Shown: positions 48,095 through 58,830, numbered from the stretch's first letter. The stretch is DNA of 64,000 nucleotides from an uncultured delta proteobacterium (GCA_963794325.1 CAWCDG010000004.1:1696001-1760000), one strand, 5' to 3'. Notes: generated by a model from the sequence alone, not told the origin. Numbers and translations are program-made.

Positions 48095-49075
48095 TCATTC
48101 GGCCGCCACCGACGAAAAATCGACGCGCGGATCGACCGCGACCAGCGCGATGTCGGCGAGCAGGTTGCCGACCAGCAGCAGGATCGTGCCCATCAGCACC
48201 GATCCCATGACCAGGTAGATGTCGAGCGAGCGGACCGCGTCGAGCATCAAGAGCCCGAGCCCCTGCAGGTTCATCACGGCCTCGACCAGGGCGGCGCCGC
48301 CGAGCAGGTCGCCCAGCGAGTATCCCGCCATCGTGACGAACGGGTTCATCGCGTTGCGCAGCACGTGCTTGTAGATCACGACGCGCTCGGAAAGTCCCTT
48401 GGCGCGCGCGGTGCGCACGAATTCGGAATTTTTAATTTCGAGAATCTGCGATCGCATCAGGCGCATCAGTCCGGCGGTTCCCGAAATGCCCAGCACCAAC
48501 ACGGGCAGTATGAGATGGTTGATGCGATCGGCGACCTGGTTCAGCGGAGAGAGCGTCGCATAGTCGGGCGAGTAAGTGCCGCCGATTGGAAACCATCCGG
48601 TCTCCAGCGCGAAGTACATCGTGAGGAAGGCGAGAAAGAAACTCGGCACCGACATCCCGAAGAACGCGAGGAAGGACAGAAAGCGATCCCAGATCGAGTT
48701 CTGATTCACCGCGACGATAATTCCGATCGGTATCGCGATCAGCCACGATAAAAGCATGCTGCTCGCCGCCAGGATGATCGTGTTGAAGGCGCGCGACGCG
48801 ATAAGGCCGGTGACGCTCACCCGGTACTGCAGCGAGAAGCCGAAATTGAGATGCAGCACGCCCCACAGCCACTTGAAGTATCGGACCATCAGGGGCTGGT
48901 CGAGCCCGAACTGCGCTTCGAGCTGATGAATCACTTCGGGCGTCATAGTCGGGTTGAGCTTGAGATTGGAGACGAAGTCGCCCGGCACCATCGACATCGC
49001 AAGAAACGAAATGAAGGTGATCCCGAGAATCAGCGGGATCATATTGAGCAGGCGACGGATCAGGAAGCGGGTCAT
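48095..49075 (-). CDS. oppB: Oligopeptide ABC permease
   Basis: FLIRRL, FVRTARAKGLSE..V..KHVLRNA, DPR. Confidence 0.93.
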   Translation of the reverse strand: MTRFLIRRLLNMIPLILGITFISFLAMSMVPGDFVSNLKLNPTMTPEVIHQLEAQFGLDQPLMVRYFKWLWGVLHLNFGFSLQYRVSVTGLIASRAFNTIILAASSMLLSWLIAIPIGIIVAVNQNSIWDRFLSFLAFFGMSVPSFFLAFLTMYFALETGWFPIGGTYSPDYATLSPLNQVADRINHLILPVLVLGISGTAGLMRLMRSQILEIKNSEFVRTARAKGLSERVVIYKHVLRNAMNPFVTMAGYSLGDLLGGAALVEAVMNLQGLGLLMLDAVRSLDIYLVMGSVLMGTILLLVGNLLADIALVAVDPRVDFSSVAAE

Positions 49076-49129
49076 CGTGTCATCGGGGTGTCGGGCCTGA
49101 TATTTCGACGTGGGTGATGCGCGGGATGT

Positions 49130-50878
49130 TCAGTCGGCCTTGAATTCCATCCACTCCGGTTTGTAGAGGCCCCAAACTTTCGGTTGATAGTTTTCGAGAG
49201 AGTTTTTCCACGAGGCATAGCGCTGCCCGCGCACAGTTTCGATTATCGGCAGCTGGTCGTGCAGAATTTGCTGGATTTTCCAGTAGTACGGCGCGCGCTT
49301 GTTGGGATCCATCTCGGACGCTCCCTGGTCGAGCAGCGTGTCGATCTCGGCTTCCCACGGCGTGGCCGGCGTCGGCTGATTGGGATTCCAGATATGAAGA
49401 TTGCCCGACGAGCGATAGAAATTCGCGCCATCGTTCGGCTCGACGCCGCCGGTGAATCCCATCAGTATGCAATCCCAATCGAACGATGAATCGAGCTTAT
49501 CCACCAGCGTGGTGAACTCGAGCGGCCGATAGTTCACCTTGATGCCGAGGCGCTCGAGGTCCTGTTTGAAGATGGTGCACATCTCGTTGCGCTCGGGGTT
49601 GCCGGTGTTGGTAGTGAGATCGAATTCGAGGCGATTGCCTTTCGGATCGGTTCGCACGCCGGGTTTGACCAGATGATAACCGGCGCCTTCGAGCATGTCG
49701 GCGGCGAGTTTCGGATCGTACTCGTAGTCCTTCAGATTCGGATTGGAGAAAATTTTGTTCTCGGGAGAGATATCCGCGACCGCCGACTCCGCGAGACCAT
49801 GAAAGACAAGATCGATCATCGATTTCTTATCGACCATGTGCGCCATCGCCTGCAGGAACTTCAGATCGGTAAACCAGGTGAGCTTCGGATTAGTGACTCC
49901 GCCTTTTACGAAACGCCGCGGATTGCGATTGAAGCTGAAGAAGAGCGTGCCGGTATCGACGCCCATTTTCTGAATCGAGATGTCGAGTTCGTGATTCTTC
50001 GCCTTCTGCTCCAGCGGATAGACCTCCTCAGCTCGTGGACTGTAAACGTCGATTTGTCCGGATAGATAGCGCAGATACTCAGCGTTCGCGTCGGGCACGA
50101 TTGTGAAGTTCTGCCCGTGCAGGCGCGGCAACTGGCCGCCATGCTCGTCTTTCATCCAGAAGCTGTCGTTGCGCACGTAATTGACCACCTGGCTTTGCGA
50201 GTAACGCACCATCTTGTAAATCCCGTTGCCGATAATCTGGCCGGGCGGTGTGTTGATACCCCAGGCGTGGTTGAAATCGCCGGCTTTCCAAACTGGCTCG
50301 AGGATATGGGCTGGAAGGACTTGCAGACCCTCCAGCGCAGCGATCAGCGGCGCAAAGGGCTTGGGCAGATGCAGCACTACGGTGTAATCGTCAGGTGCCT
50401 CGGCTTCGATTCGCTTTTTGTCGACCAGAAGCACCGGACGCGAGCTGTTCGGCACCTTAGGATCGTAGATAACGTCCAGCGTGAACAATACGTCGTGTGC
50501 GGTGAAAGGCTGCCCATCAAACCACTTCACGTCCCGGCGCAGATGAAGCGTGATCGACTTGTTATCGGGCGCGAGGTCCCATTTCTCGGCCAAGCGAGGT
50601 TCCGGAAGAGTCGTGACGGGATTGAGTTGGAGCAGCGTTTCGAACAGGTCGCCGGTGAGCTGACCCGAGCTGGCATCGGTGATCAGAATCGGATTGAAGG
50701 TGCGCGGATCGCTGCCGATAACGGTGTAGAGGATTTGTTCCTTTTCGTGTTCGTTGCCGGGACGATTCACGCGGCATCCGGAGAAGATCGCGATCGAGAG
50801 CAGCGCGATCACGCAGGTGACGGCCGGTAAAATTCGCTCGTGCCGGTTATCAGCTTTTGTTTGGAAACGGGCTGCCAT
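49130..50878 (-). CDS. oppA: Peptide ABC transporter substrate-binding lipoprotein (family 5)
   Basis: FSGC lipobox; DPRTFNP, P.LAEKW, LR.DVKW.DG.PFTA.DV. Confidence 0.9.
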   Translation of the reverse strand: MAARFQTKADNRHERILPAVTCVIALLSIAIFSGCRVNRPGNEHEKEQILYTVIGSDPRTFNPILITDASSGQLTGDLFETLLQLNPVTTLPEPRLAEKWDLAPDNKSITLHLRRDVKWFDGQPFTAHDVLFTLDVIYDPKVPNSSRPVLLVDKKRIEAEAPDDYTVVLHLPKPFAPLIAALEGLQVLPAHILEPVWKAGDFNHAWGINTPPGQIIGNGIYKMVRYSQSQVVNYVRNDSFWMKDEHGGQLPRLHGQNFTIVPDANAEYLRYLSGQIDVYSPRAEEVYPLEQKAKNHELDISIQKMGVDTGTLFFSFNRNPRRFVKGGVTNPKLTWFTDLKFLQAMAHMVDKKSMIDLVFHGLAESAVADISPENKIFSNPNLKDYEYDPKLAADMLEGAGYHLVKPGVRTDPKGNRLEFDLTTNTGNPERNEMCTIFKQDLERLGIKVNYRPLEFTTLVDKLDSSFDWDCILMGFTGGVEPNDGANFYRSSGNLHIWNPNQPTPATPWEAEIDTLLDQGASEMDPNKRAPYYWKIQQILHDQLPIIETVRGQRYASWKNSLENYQPKVWGLYKPEWMEFKAD

Positions 50879-51737
50879 CGTCGAGGCTCAAGTTTATTAC
50901 ATTGGCTCCTGGAGCCGGGGTCAACACGAAAGTCGAATCGGGGATGACGCCATTGACGATCGGCCGGAGATAGCGAAAGGTCACGCGGCTGCCGGCCTCT
51001 GGAAAAGTCGCATCGACGACGTACGGGAAGGTCACTCCGCCGATATCATGATAGTCGCTGTACCGCACTTCGTAACTGACGCGGCCGTCGGCGCCCGTCT
51101 CGCGCACCATCGCGAGATTGCCGTCGGTGAATCCAAGCTCGCGAGTTCCCGCCGAGCTGTTGCCGTACGTCGCGATAATCATATCGCCGTCTTTCGATAC
51201 CAGATCCGGAGGTGTGCTTAGCGGGAAATCAGGCGGCGCGAGGCCCATCAGCAGGCCGACGGCGTCAGTGGGCGCCATCGGGATTCGCACATATTTGTAG
51301 AGCGTGTCGGCGTTCGCCTGCCCGCGCATGAAGCGATTCTGCGCGGGCTCGAAGATGGCGAGGTCCGTGCCCTGCGCTGCGAGCAACAATGCGACGCCGA
51401 ACGGCGACATCGCCTCGACGCGGAGATTACCCGGCCGCTTGGCGACGATTTCCTCTTTCGCCTTCACATGCTGAGTGCCCGCCGTATATTCCATCACGGC
51501 AGGACTCTGCACGCACGCGAGTTTTCGGTCGCGATCTACCAGCGCCGCCGTCATTTTCCCGGCCTGGTATTTGTCCTCGGTCCAGCCCGGGATTGGCGTC
51601 GCGTCATCCGGAACGGCGGGAGTGTGAATGATGATGCAGGCGGACGTTCCAACCATCGCCAGCAGCAGCATGGATGCGACCGCCAGCGAGATTGTTTTTC
51701 GGCGCCGGGCGCGTTCAGTGGCCCGCGCTGGCGGCAT
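50850..51737 (-). CDS. LolB/LolA-like (DUF4292-like) lipoprotein
   Basis: TSAC lipobox; RPGNLRVE..SPFG; position directly after the TPR gene; start approximate. Confidence 0.65.
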   Translation of the reverse strand: MPPARATERARRRKTISLAVASMLLLAMVGTSACIIIHTPAVPDDATPIPGWTEDKYQAGKMTAALVDRDRKLACVQSPAVMEYTAGTQHVKAKEEIVAKRPGNLRVEAMSPFGVALLLAAQGTDLAIFEPAQNRFMRGQANADTLYKYVRIPMAPTDAVGLLMGLAPPDFPLSTPPDLVSKDGDMIIATYGNSSAGTRELGFTDGNLAMVRETGADGRVSYEVRYSDYHDIGGVTFPYVVDATFPEAGSRVTFRYLRPIVNGVIPDSTFVLTPAPGANVINLSLDDGSPFPNKS

Positions 51738-53484
51738 TCTGCAGAACCTGAATCTTGTCCTTGAGTCGAGCGACCTGGTCGGTCTCCTGCGCCTTCTTGA
51801 GCGCGTCGGTGTACTCGTGGCCCGCTTCCTTGGTTTTGCCCAGCTTCCGATAGGCGTCGCCAAGATGCTCGGTAATCGTCGGATCGCTGCCGGTCAGGTT
51901 GACCGCTCGCTCCAACTGCTCGACTGCTTTTTTGTAATCGCCCTTCTGATAGTAAACCCATCCGAGGCTGTCGACGTAAAATCCGTCTTCGGGTTCGATA
52001 TCGAGCGCGCGCTTGATGAGCTTTTCGGCCTCGACCAGATTTACGCCCTGCTCGGCGTAACTGTAGCCGAGGTAGTTCAGCGCCTGCGCGTTGGCGGGAT
52101 TCAGCTCGATGGCCTTCTTCATCTCGGCCATGCCCTCATCGCGCTGCTTGTTCTGATCGAGCGCGGCGCCGAGCGTGAAGTGGAACTTGTCACTCTTGGG
52201 ATCGGCCGCGACCATCTTGCGCGCGAGCTCGATCGCCGCCGGGTAATCTTTCTTTTCCTGATAAACGCCGACCATGAAGCCGATGATTTCCGGATCGTTG
52301 GGCTTCTTGGCGAGCGCGTCCTTCAACGCTCCCAGCGCCTCATCGTATTTGTTCTGCTTGTCGTACAGGTACGCGAGCTGGAGGCGCGACTCGATGTAGT
52401 GCTCGTTGTCGGTGGGAATCTTGTTGAACTCGGCGATCGCCTTGTCGCTCTCGGACAGCTCCGTGTATACGGTGCCGAGGTAGTAGTGGACTCGATAATT
52501 CTTCGGCTCTGATCCGAGCACGAGGTTGAACTCGGTCGCGGCGTCGTCGAAATTTCCCTGCTCGACGTACAGCAGGCCAATCTTGGTGCGGGTGTCGGCG
52601 GGATTGGTCTCGACCTGCTCGGCGCGCTTCAGCTCGTCGAGCGCTTCGTTGTATTTCTTCTGGCCGACGAGGATTTCGGCCTTGCGCTTGCGGACCAGCT
52701 CGTTGTTCGGATTGATTTGAGTGATCTTGTTGTAATAGACCAGCGCATCCTGCGGGCGTTCCTGCCGTTCGCGAAGCAGCGCAAAATCAAGCAGCACCAG
52801 CTCCGACTGCGGATTGAGGTCGAGCGCTTTCTGATACTCTTTTTCGGCGCCAGCGTAATCCTTCGACGCCACCATCACCTTGCCGGCGTAGTAGTAGCCA
52901 AGGAATGACGTGGGATCGAGCTTGATCAGCTCTTCGAAGGTCTTCTCGGCTTCGGGGTAGTCGCCGCGCTTGGCGTATAGAGTTCCGAGATAGAGGTAGG
53001 CTTCCTGATTCTTGGGATTGAGGCGCAGCACCTCGCGGTAATCTTTTTCCGCCGTCGTATCGTCGCCGAGCGCCGAACTGATTCCCGCGCCGAGCAGACG
53101 CGCGTCGGCCGAGTCGGGATTGATCGCGAGCGCCTGGTTTACCTGCTCGAGGGCCTCCTTCAGCCGTCCGTCGCGGACGTAGAGCTTGGCGAGCTGGACC
53201 TTCAGCGCGGCGTTGCCGGGATCGTACTGGACCGCCTCGGCGTAGTCCTTCATCGCTTCTTCGCGGTCGCCGTCATTGGTGGCGACCTCGGCCCGCAGGA
53301 ACGCGCTCATCGCGCGCGCATCCGATGGCACGTCGACCGCCGGCGCTCCGCCGAAGGGATTGTCGCCGCCGACGCTGGCGCTGCGGAGCAGTTCAGGCTT
53401 GGTACGAGTGACCGAGGTGCAGCCGATAAACGCTAAGGATACGACGCCTAGCGCGATGGCCGCGCGTGTTCTGAAACATATCAT
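51715..53484 (-). CDS. Tetratricopeptide-repeat lipoprotein
   Basis: FIGC lipobox; many TPRs; ALNYLGY, DSLGWVYY, EHLGD. Confidence 0.9.
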   Translation of the reverse strand: MICFRTRAAIALGVVSLAFIGCTSVTRTKPELLRSASVGGDNPFGGAPAVDVPSDARAMSAFLRAEVATNDGDREEAMKDYAEAVQYDPGNAALKVQLAKLYVRDGRLKEALEQVNQALAINPDSADARLLGAGISSALGDDTTAEKDYREVLRLNPKNQEAYLYLGTLYAKRGDYPEAEKTFEELIKLDPTSFLGYYYAGKVMVASKDYAGAEKEYQKALDLNPQSELVLLDFALLRERQERPQDALVYYNKITQINPNNELVRKRKAEILVGQKKYNEALDELKRAEQVETNPADTRTKIGLLYVEQGNFDDAATEFNLVLGSEPKNYRVHYYLGTVYTELSESDKAIAEFNKIPTDNEHYIESRLQLAYLYDKQNKYDEALGALKDALAKKPNDPEIIGFMVGVYQEKKDYPAAIELARKMVAADPKSDKFHFTLGAALDQNKQRDEGMAEMKKAIELNPANAQALNYLGYSYAEQGVNLVEAEKLIKRALDIEPEDGFYVDSLGWVYYQKGDYKKAVEQLERAVNLTGSDPTITEHLGDAYRKLGKTKEAGHEYTDALKKAQETDQVARLKDKIQVLQNAASAGH

Positions 53485-53717
53485 CGCTAAAAAAGATTCC
53501 CGGGAGAGCTTCTCAATTGACGCTCGTACCAACACTACTATAACGATCGTGAGCGCAAAGGTGTACCGCATCCTCGAAACCGATCGGGACCGATGCGCTC
53601 TTAAATACACTACAAGATTTCCGCCACCGGATGCGACCGCGCAAGCCTCTTTTGATTTTCCCGATGCTTGCCACCGCCCATCGCCTCGGCTAGGCAGGAG
53701 CCGGAGCCGCCTCTCAA

Positions 53718-55118
53718 TTGCCGCATCTCACTACCGAAAATCCGCAACCAGCCGCCGTGCCGAGCGCGCCGGCGATCACTCTGCGTACTCCGCGCAAGCT
53801 CGGCCTGATCCCGCTGGCGTGCGTGATGTACCTGGTGGTGAGCGGGGGCGCGTACGGCCTCGAAGATGCGGTCAAGATGGCGGGTCCGCGCCTGACGCTC
53901 CTGCTATGCCTGGTCGTGCCGCTGACGCTCAGCATCCCGACCGCCCTGATGGCGGCTGAGCTGACGGCGCTGATGCCGGTCGAGGGCGGCTTCTACTTTT
54001 GGGTCAAGGAAGCGATTGGCCCGTTCGCGGGCTTCGCCGAGGCGTACCTGACAATTTTATACACCGCCTTCGACATGGCGATTTATCCGGTACTGTTTGC
54101 CAGCTATCTTTCGTTCATTGTGCCACTCGGCCCGATTGGGCAAATCGCGATCGGAGTGGCGCTGGTCTGGGCGGCGGGCGGACTGAATTTTCTCGGGGTC
54201 AGGCCGGTCGGGATGGCGTCGGTAATACTCGCCGCAATTCTCGTCTCGCCGTTCGCGATCCTGGTGATCGCCGGCCTCCCGCGGCTGGTTCATTTCACGA
54301 TGCCGACGCCGCCGCTGTTCGGCACAGACCCGTGGGGTGCGCTCGCGGCCGGACTGACAGTCGTCATCTGGAATTTCAGCGGATGGGAAAATCTGAGCGT
54401 GGTGTCCGCGGAAATCGAAAATCCGCGGCGCAACTACCTGCGCGCGATTATGATCGCGATGCCGATAATCGTCGCCGGTTACGTTCTCCCGCTCGCGGTT
54501 TCCGTCTCGGGCGCGACCACCGCCGCCGATTGGGGCACCGGCTACTTCTCGCAAATCGGCAAACTGATCGGCGGTCCCGCACTCGGCGGCGCGCTGGCGA
54601 TAGGCGGCGCCGTGATGTCATTCGCAGTGTTCGAAGCCGCGATGCTGTGGGTGTCGCGCATGCCGTTCGTCCTCGCGCGCGAGCGCTACCTGTCACCGCC
54701 GCTGGCACAACTGTGGTCCACGACTGCAACGCCGGGCAAATCGATCCTGCTCTGCTGCATCGTGTTCACGCTGCTGGTGCCAGTGGGATTCGTCGCGCTG
54801 GTAGTGCTCGACGTCTTCTTCTACATGGCAGCGCTGGCATTGGAGTTGTTCGCACTATTGAGACTGCGCAAACTGATGCCTCATCGCACCGGCATGTTCA
54901 CAATCGGCGGCGGCCGGGTCGGCCTCGCGATAGTCGTAACGCTCCCGATTCTAACGTGGGCCGCAACCTTCGGCTTGGCAATCTCAGCCGGCGTCGCAAA
55001 AAGAGATTTCATACTGGCGATCGCCCTCGGCGCCCTGGTCTGGCCCGCGTACCGGTTTTGTCAGCGCCACTATGGCGGCCCGCCCGCAATCGATCCCGCA
55101 CCCACGAGCATCAGTTGA
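53718..55118 (+). CDS. APC-family amino acid/polyamine permease
   Basis: VSGGAYGLE, AELT..P.EGG.Y.W, WNFSGWE, E.ENP.R; about 12 TMs. Confidence 0.9.
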   Translation: MPHLTTENPQPAAVPSAPAITLRTPRKLGLIPLACVMYLVVSGGAYGLEDAVKMAGPRLTLLLCLVVPLTLSIPTALMAAELTALMPVEGGFYFWVKEAIGPFAGFAEAYLTILYTAFDMAIYPVLFASYLSFIVPLGPIGQIAIGVALVWAAGGLNFLGVRPVGMASVILAAILVSPFAILVIAGLPRLVHFTMPTPPLFGTDPWGALAAGLTVVIWNFSGWENLSVVSAEIENPRRNYLRAIMIAMPIIVAGYVLPLAVSVSGATTAADWGTGYFSQIGKLIGGPALGGALAIGGAVMSFAVFEAAMLWVSRMPFVLARERYLSPPLAQLWSTTATPGKSILLCCIVFTLLVPVGFVALVVLDVFFYMAALALELFALLRLRKLMPHRTGMFTIGGGRVGLAIVVTLPILTWAATFGLAISAGVAKRDFILAIALGALVWPAYRFCQRHYGGPPAIDPAPTSIS

Positions 55119-55163
55119 AGCTTTTCACCCCTGATGACATAGAGACTATGCACGCGCCGCAGC

Positions 55164-55263
55164 ACCCTCACCTACCGGCCGCGATGCGGCCGGCCTCCTC
55201 TCCCGTAAAGCTCCCCTCACCCGCGCCAAGGGCGCGACCTCTCCCGCAACTCAGCGGGAGAGG
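55164..55263. repeat. CCCTCACC..CTCTCCC..GGGAGAGG REP-like modules
   Basis: Relatives at 43705-43752, 40727-40783 and 6019-6070. Confidence 0.7.
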
Positions 55264-55320
55264 CGAATAAGATGTCGCGTGGAACGCAACATCCTAACTG
55301 GGGCGAGGTATTTCGGAGCG

Positions 55321-57099
55321 TCACTTGCGCGCGGTCAGGCGGTACACGGCGAGTGCTTCGTTCTCCGAGACCGGCTCAATCGCGAACTTTCCTTGCAGAG
55401 CATCGAGCTCGCCCTTTAACACATCGGCGTATTGCTGTGACTCGGGCGGCGCGATCAGGAGAAAGACCGGCGTCTTCGCATCAATCGCCGATGCGAGCGA
55501 ATCCGCCACCGCCGCAGACATCTGATCGCCATCAAAGACGACCGGGGGCACCGGACCGGTCCATCCATTCGCACGCTTCTCGTACAGGCGATGCAGATGG
55601 TAGTCGGTGAACCGTTCGCCCGGATCGAGCGAGTTCAATCCCACGAATCGGCGACTCCCCGCGGGCAGATACAATTCGAGAAACTGCAGCGAGATGTTGC
55701 TGACGACGGTCGCGTCGGGAGGCATCGTCGAATCCATATCTTCCAGCGTCGAAACCATCACGGAATTGACAATGGAAGGCTGCACGGACAATCTCGCCAT
55801 CACCTCCGACGCCAGCGACACGACCATCAGCACGTCGAGCACGATCACCGCAGCCGCGGTCGCGATCTGACTCGCGCTCAGGGTTTTATTGCGCAGCACG
55901 TTGCGCATCCAGCGATTCGCCTGCGCCGCTCCCGCACCGGCCGCGATGAACAGTACGAAGGCCGCTGGAAGAATGAACGCCACGTCGGTGAATAAATAGA
56001 AACAATAGAGCCCGGTCAGCGCTGCCAGATATCCGATCCCGAACCACAACAATCGGCGAGCCGCAGTTCTTTCAGGAGCGCGAAGGATCGCGACGAATCC
56101 GACAATCGCGAACGCCGCCGCCGCGAACGGGTAGAGGAAGTAGCGCGCATCACCGCGATCACCGAGCATCCCGTCGAGCCCGAGCAGCGTGGTGGCGTAC
56201 ACGATCAAATTGCCATGCGGATTTCGCGGCAGCGTAGGACCAAACAGGTACGCGATGCTGAACGTCTTCCCGCCCGCGCCATAGACTTCAGGCACCCACC
56301 ACGAGTATCCACTCGCGAACGCGCTTCCGAGATTGAGCTCATTCTGATGCAACTGCCACGCGACCGGAATCGAGAAACCAATTGCAATCGCGATTCCCGC
56401 TTTGAGCAGGCTGGAGAGATCTTGACGCTCCAACGGCACCATCAAAACGCACACCGCGAGACCGACGAGGATGGTGGCGTTGGTGGGGCGGATTATCGTC
56501 GAGAACCCGGCCAAGATACCGAATATCAACCATGCGCACACTCGCATCCAGCTCGGCAGCCGGCTCACGTAGCCCGACGTCGCAACCATCATCATCACCG
56601 CAGCGCAAATCGTCACGAACAACGTGGGCACGTCGCTCATCACCAGCGACGAATAGGTGATGAACACCGGGGAGAGCGTGAGCAGCAGCGCCGCAATCGT
56701 CGCCGCTAGCCCCCGGAACAGGCCGCGCGTCAGCATGAAAACGCCGAGCACCGAGAGCATCCCGAGAACCATCGAAGTGTAAGGCCGGAAATCCGCGCCA
56801 TTCAATCGGTAGAAAAATTCCAGAATCAGCGGGTAGCCGCCGGTATAGCGCGACGGGTAAGTATATCCACCGAAATGCAGCACCGCACCGCGACCCTTCG
56901 CCAGGTTCACCGCCGACGCGGCGTACTCGAGCCCGTCCGGCCACGGCATCAGCTCCAACCCCCGCCGCCAGCCGGCAAACAAAGTCGTCAGGGCCATCAG
57001 CAACATGATTGCCAAGAGGACTGCGAAGCTCAGAAAGTCGCGGCGGGATATCGCCAGACCGGACGCGGCGGACGGCTCCGATGACTTCGCGCGACTCAT
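55321..57099 (-). CDS. GT-C fold membrane glycosyltransferase (ArnT/PMT-like)
   Basis: PD..EY, YTGGYP, VMSDVP, IRP; polytopic; start uncertain. Confidence 0.75.
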   Translation of the reverse strand: MSRAKSSEPSAASGLAISRRDFLSFAVLLAIMLLMALTTLFAGWRRGLELMPWPDGLEYAASAVNLAKGRGAVLHFGGYTYPSRYTGGYPLILEFFYRLNGADFRPYTSMVLGMLSVLGVFMLTRGLFRGLAATIAALLLTLSPVFITYSSLVMSDVPTLFVTICAAVMMMVATSGYVSRLPSWMRVCAWLIFGILAGFSTIIRPTNATILVGLAVCVLMVPLERQDLSSLLKAGIAIAIGFSIPVAWQLHQNELNLGSAFASGYSWWVPEVYGAGGKTFSIAYLFGPTLPRNPHGNLIVYATTLLGLDGMLGDRGDARYFLYPFAAAAFAIVGFVAILRAPERTAARRLLWFGIGYLAALTGLYCFYLFTDVAFILPAAFVLFIAAGAGAAQANRWMRNVLRNKTLSASQIATAAAVIVLDVLMVVSLASEVMARLSVQPSIVNSVMVSTLEDMDSTMPPDATVVSNISLQFLELYLPAGSRRFVGLNSLDPGERFTDYHLHRLYEKRANGWTGPVPPVVFDGDQMSAAVADSLASAIDAKTPVFLLIAPPESQQYADVLKGELDALQGKFAIEPVSENEALAVYRLTARK

Positions 57100-58625
57100 C
57101 GCGAGACGACTCCGCGCGCGTCGGCGCGTGGCTCATCGTCGTACTGCTCATCCCGCGCGTCGCGCGGATGCTCTACCCAACAATATGGGTCGAGGACGAT
57201 TTCTACCTCGAGAGCGCGTGGCTGGTGAGCGTTGGGATGCGCCCGTACCTGGATTTCGTTCAACCGCATATGCCGCTGCTCGAATGGATCGCGGCAGGTT
57301 ACCTCAAGTTGTTCGGCGCAAGCTATCTGTCGATCGAAATCCTGAACGAGGCCGCGATCTTCGCAACCAGCCTGCTGACCTACGCGCTCGCGCGCCGAGT
57401 CGCCGGCCGTCCGACCGCGATCGCCGCGTCGATTCTGTACGCCTACAGCTCGCTGGTCTTTCGCTACCACGCGTACGAGCGCGAGAGCTTCGTCGCGCCG
57501 CTGCTTGTCCTCGCCGCGATCGTCACGCTCGACGATACGATGCCCGCGATACGCCAGGCCGTTTTGGTTGCTCTCATTTTCTTCGTCGCGTGCGCAATCA
57601 AGCTGACCGCCGGGATTGCGTTCCCGGTGATGCTGATTTTCATCGCATACCCACAGGCTAAAGCCCGTGCCACTGGCGCGATCGTATCGGGCTTAGTCTT
57701 CACCCTCGCGCTCGGCGCATTCAGCGCGATCCTCTATTCGCTCTACGGCAACGAGTTCATCTTTCAGACTTTCGCGTTTCACTTCCTGAAAGGGCGCGAC
57801 CTTGCGCTCGACACCGCACTTTTCCCGCGCATGATTCTCGACGTGCTGGTACCGATGTTCATCCTCGGATGCTGGCACGTCTTCGCCGATCGCATTTTCA
57901 ATCGCGGGACGATTCTGGTGATCGCGATCGTCGCCGCCGAGTACGCGTTTTACGGCGTGCTGAGTCCGACCGCATGGGCCCACAACTATCTCGAGGTGCT
58001 GCCATTCATCGCAATCGTCGCGGGAATCGGCGCATCGGCTCTCGCACACGCGGCCGCGATATCGCCACGACGATGGCAGTCGATTGTAGGCGGTGCGGCG
58101 TTGATCCTGATTTCTCTCATCTGGATCGCGCCGATTATCAACGAGAACTGGCTGCATGGCAGCGTCTATGGATTCGGCTTCGTGCCGCGCGCCGAAATCT
58201 CCAAGGTCGCGGACGCGTTGCGCGCCGCCAGCAAACCGGACGACGACGTGATCGCGCCGTCGTTCCTGTGCTTCGAAGCCAACCGCCGCGAATTGATCCG
58301 CTATCCCGAAACCTACGGCGTCTATCGCGAAGCAGAAGTGGAATACGATCGCGACGGTTTCTTCGCCGCCCGCCGCCACATGGGCGCCGCCGATTTCTTC
58401 CAGCTGATCTCGGACACGCGTCACTTCTGGACCGATCAGATGCGCGCCGCAATCGTCGGCGGGAAAGTCTCAGCGGTCATCAGCGACTCACCGATCCAAC
58501 TGTTCCCGCTGGTGCTGGTCCCCGAAGATTTCCTGACAAGCAACGGCTTCCGCCCGATGCTGATTACCGATCACTTCACGCTGTGGACCCGAACCCCCGC
58601 GCCGCCGGCGACGCCAAATCAGTAG
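57081..58625 (+). CDS. GT-C fold membrane glycosyltransferase
   Basis: EDDFY..G.RPY.DF..H.PL, E.F, IK, W.HNY; polytopic; start uncertain. Confidence 0.75.
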   Translation: MTSRDSSRDDSARVGAWLIVVLLIPRVARMLYPTIWVEDDFYLESAWLVSVGMRPYLDFVQPHMPLLEWIAAGYLKLFGASYLSIEILNEAAIFATSLLTYALARRVAGRPTAIAASILYAYSSLVFRYHAYERESFVAPLLVLAAIVTLDDTMPAIRQAVLVALIFFVACAIKLTAGIAFPVMLIFIAYPQAKARATGAIVSGLVFTLALGAFSAILYSLYGNEFIFQTFAFHFLKGRDLALDTALFPRMILDVLVPMFILGCWHVFADRIFNRGTILVIAIVAAEYAFYGVLSPTAWAHNYLEVLPFIAIVAGIGASALAHAAAISPRRWQSIVGGAALILISLIWIAPIINENWLHGSVYGFGFVPRAEISKVADALRAASKPDDDVIAPSFLCFEANRRELIRYPETYGVYREAEVEYDRDGFFAARRHMGAADFFQLISDTRHFWTDQMRAAIVGGKVSAVISDSPIQLFPLVLVPEDFLTSNGFRPMLITDHFTLWTRTPAPPATPNQ

Positions 58626-58639
58626 GGAGAGGAACGTAA

Positions 58640-58728
58640 TTGAATGTGAAACCCTCCGCGGGTTTCACGCTTCCGCGGCAGGGGTGACCCCTGCACCCGG
58701 TGCTAATCGCGAAATGTTGAGGACAACC
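58640..58728. repeat. Composite REP-like element (same family as 5867-5966) with the tail GCGAAATGTTGAGGACAACC
   Basis: Hairpins match the 5.9 kb copy; the tail matches about 34674-34693. Confidence 0.88.
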
Positions 58729-58751
58729 TTTCGCTCTGAGGTTCCTGATAT

Positions 58752-58830
58752 TAGTGGCACAGGCTTTAGCCTGTGATTTTCTGGTCCATGCAGATCAGGA
58801 AAGAATCACAGGCTAAAGCCTGTGCCACTA
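58752..58830. repeat. GTAG/GTGG-type REP doublet with 27-bp perfect inverted arms
   Basis: TAGTGGCACAGGCTTTAGCCTGTGATT at 58752-58778 and its reverse complement at 58804-58830. Confidence 0.9.

Noticed and set aside
55271-55287. Third parS (TGTCGCGTGGAACGC)
   Set aside because: Only one half-site resembles the consensus and it is not palindromic
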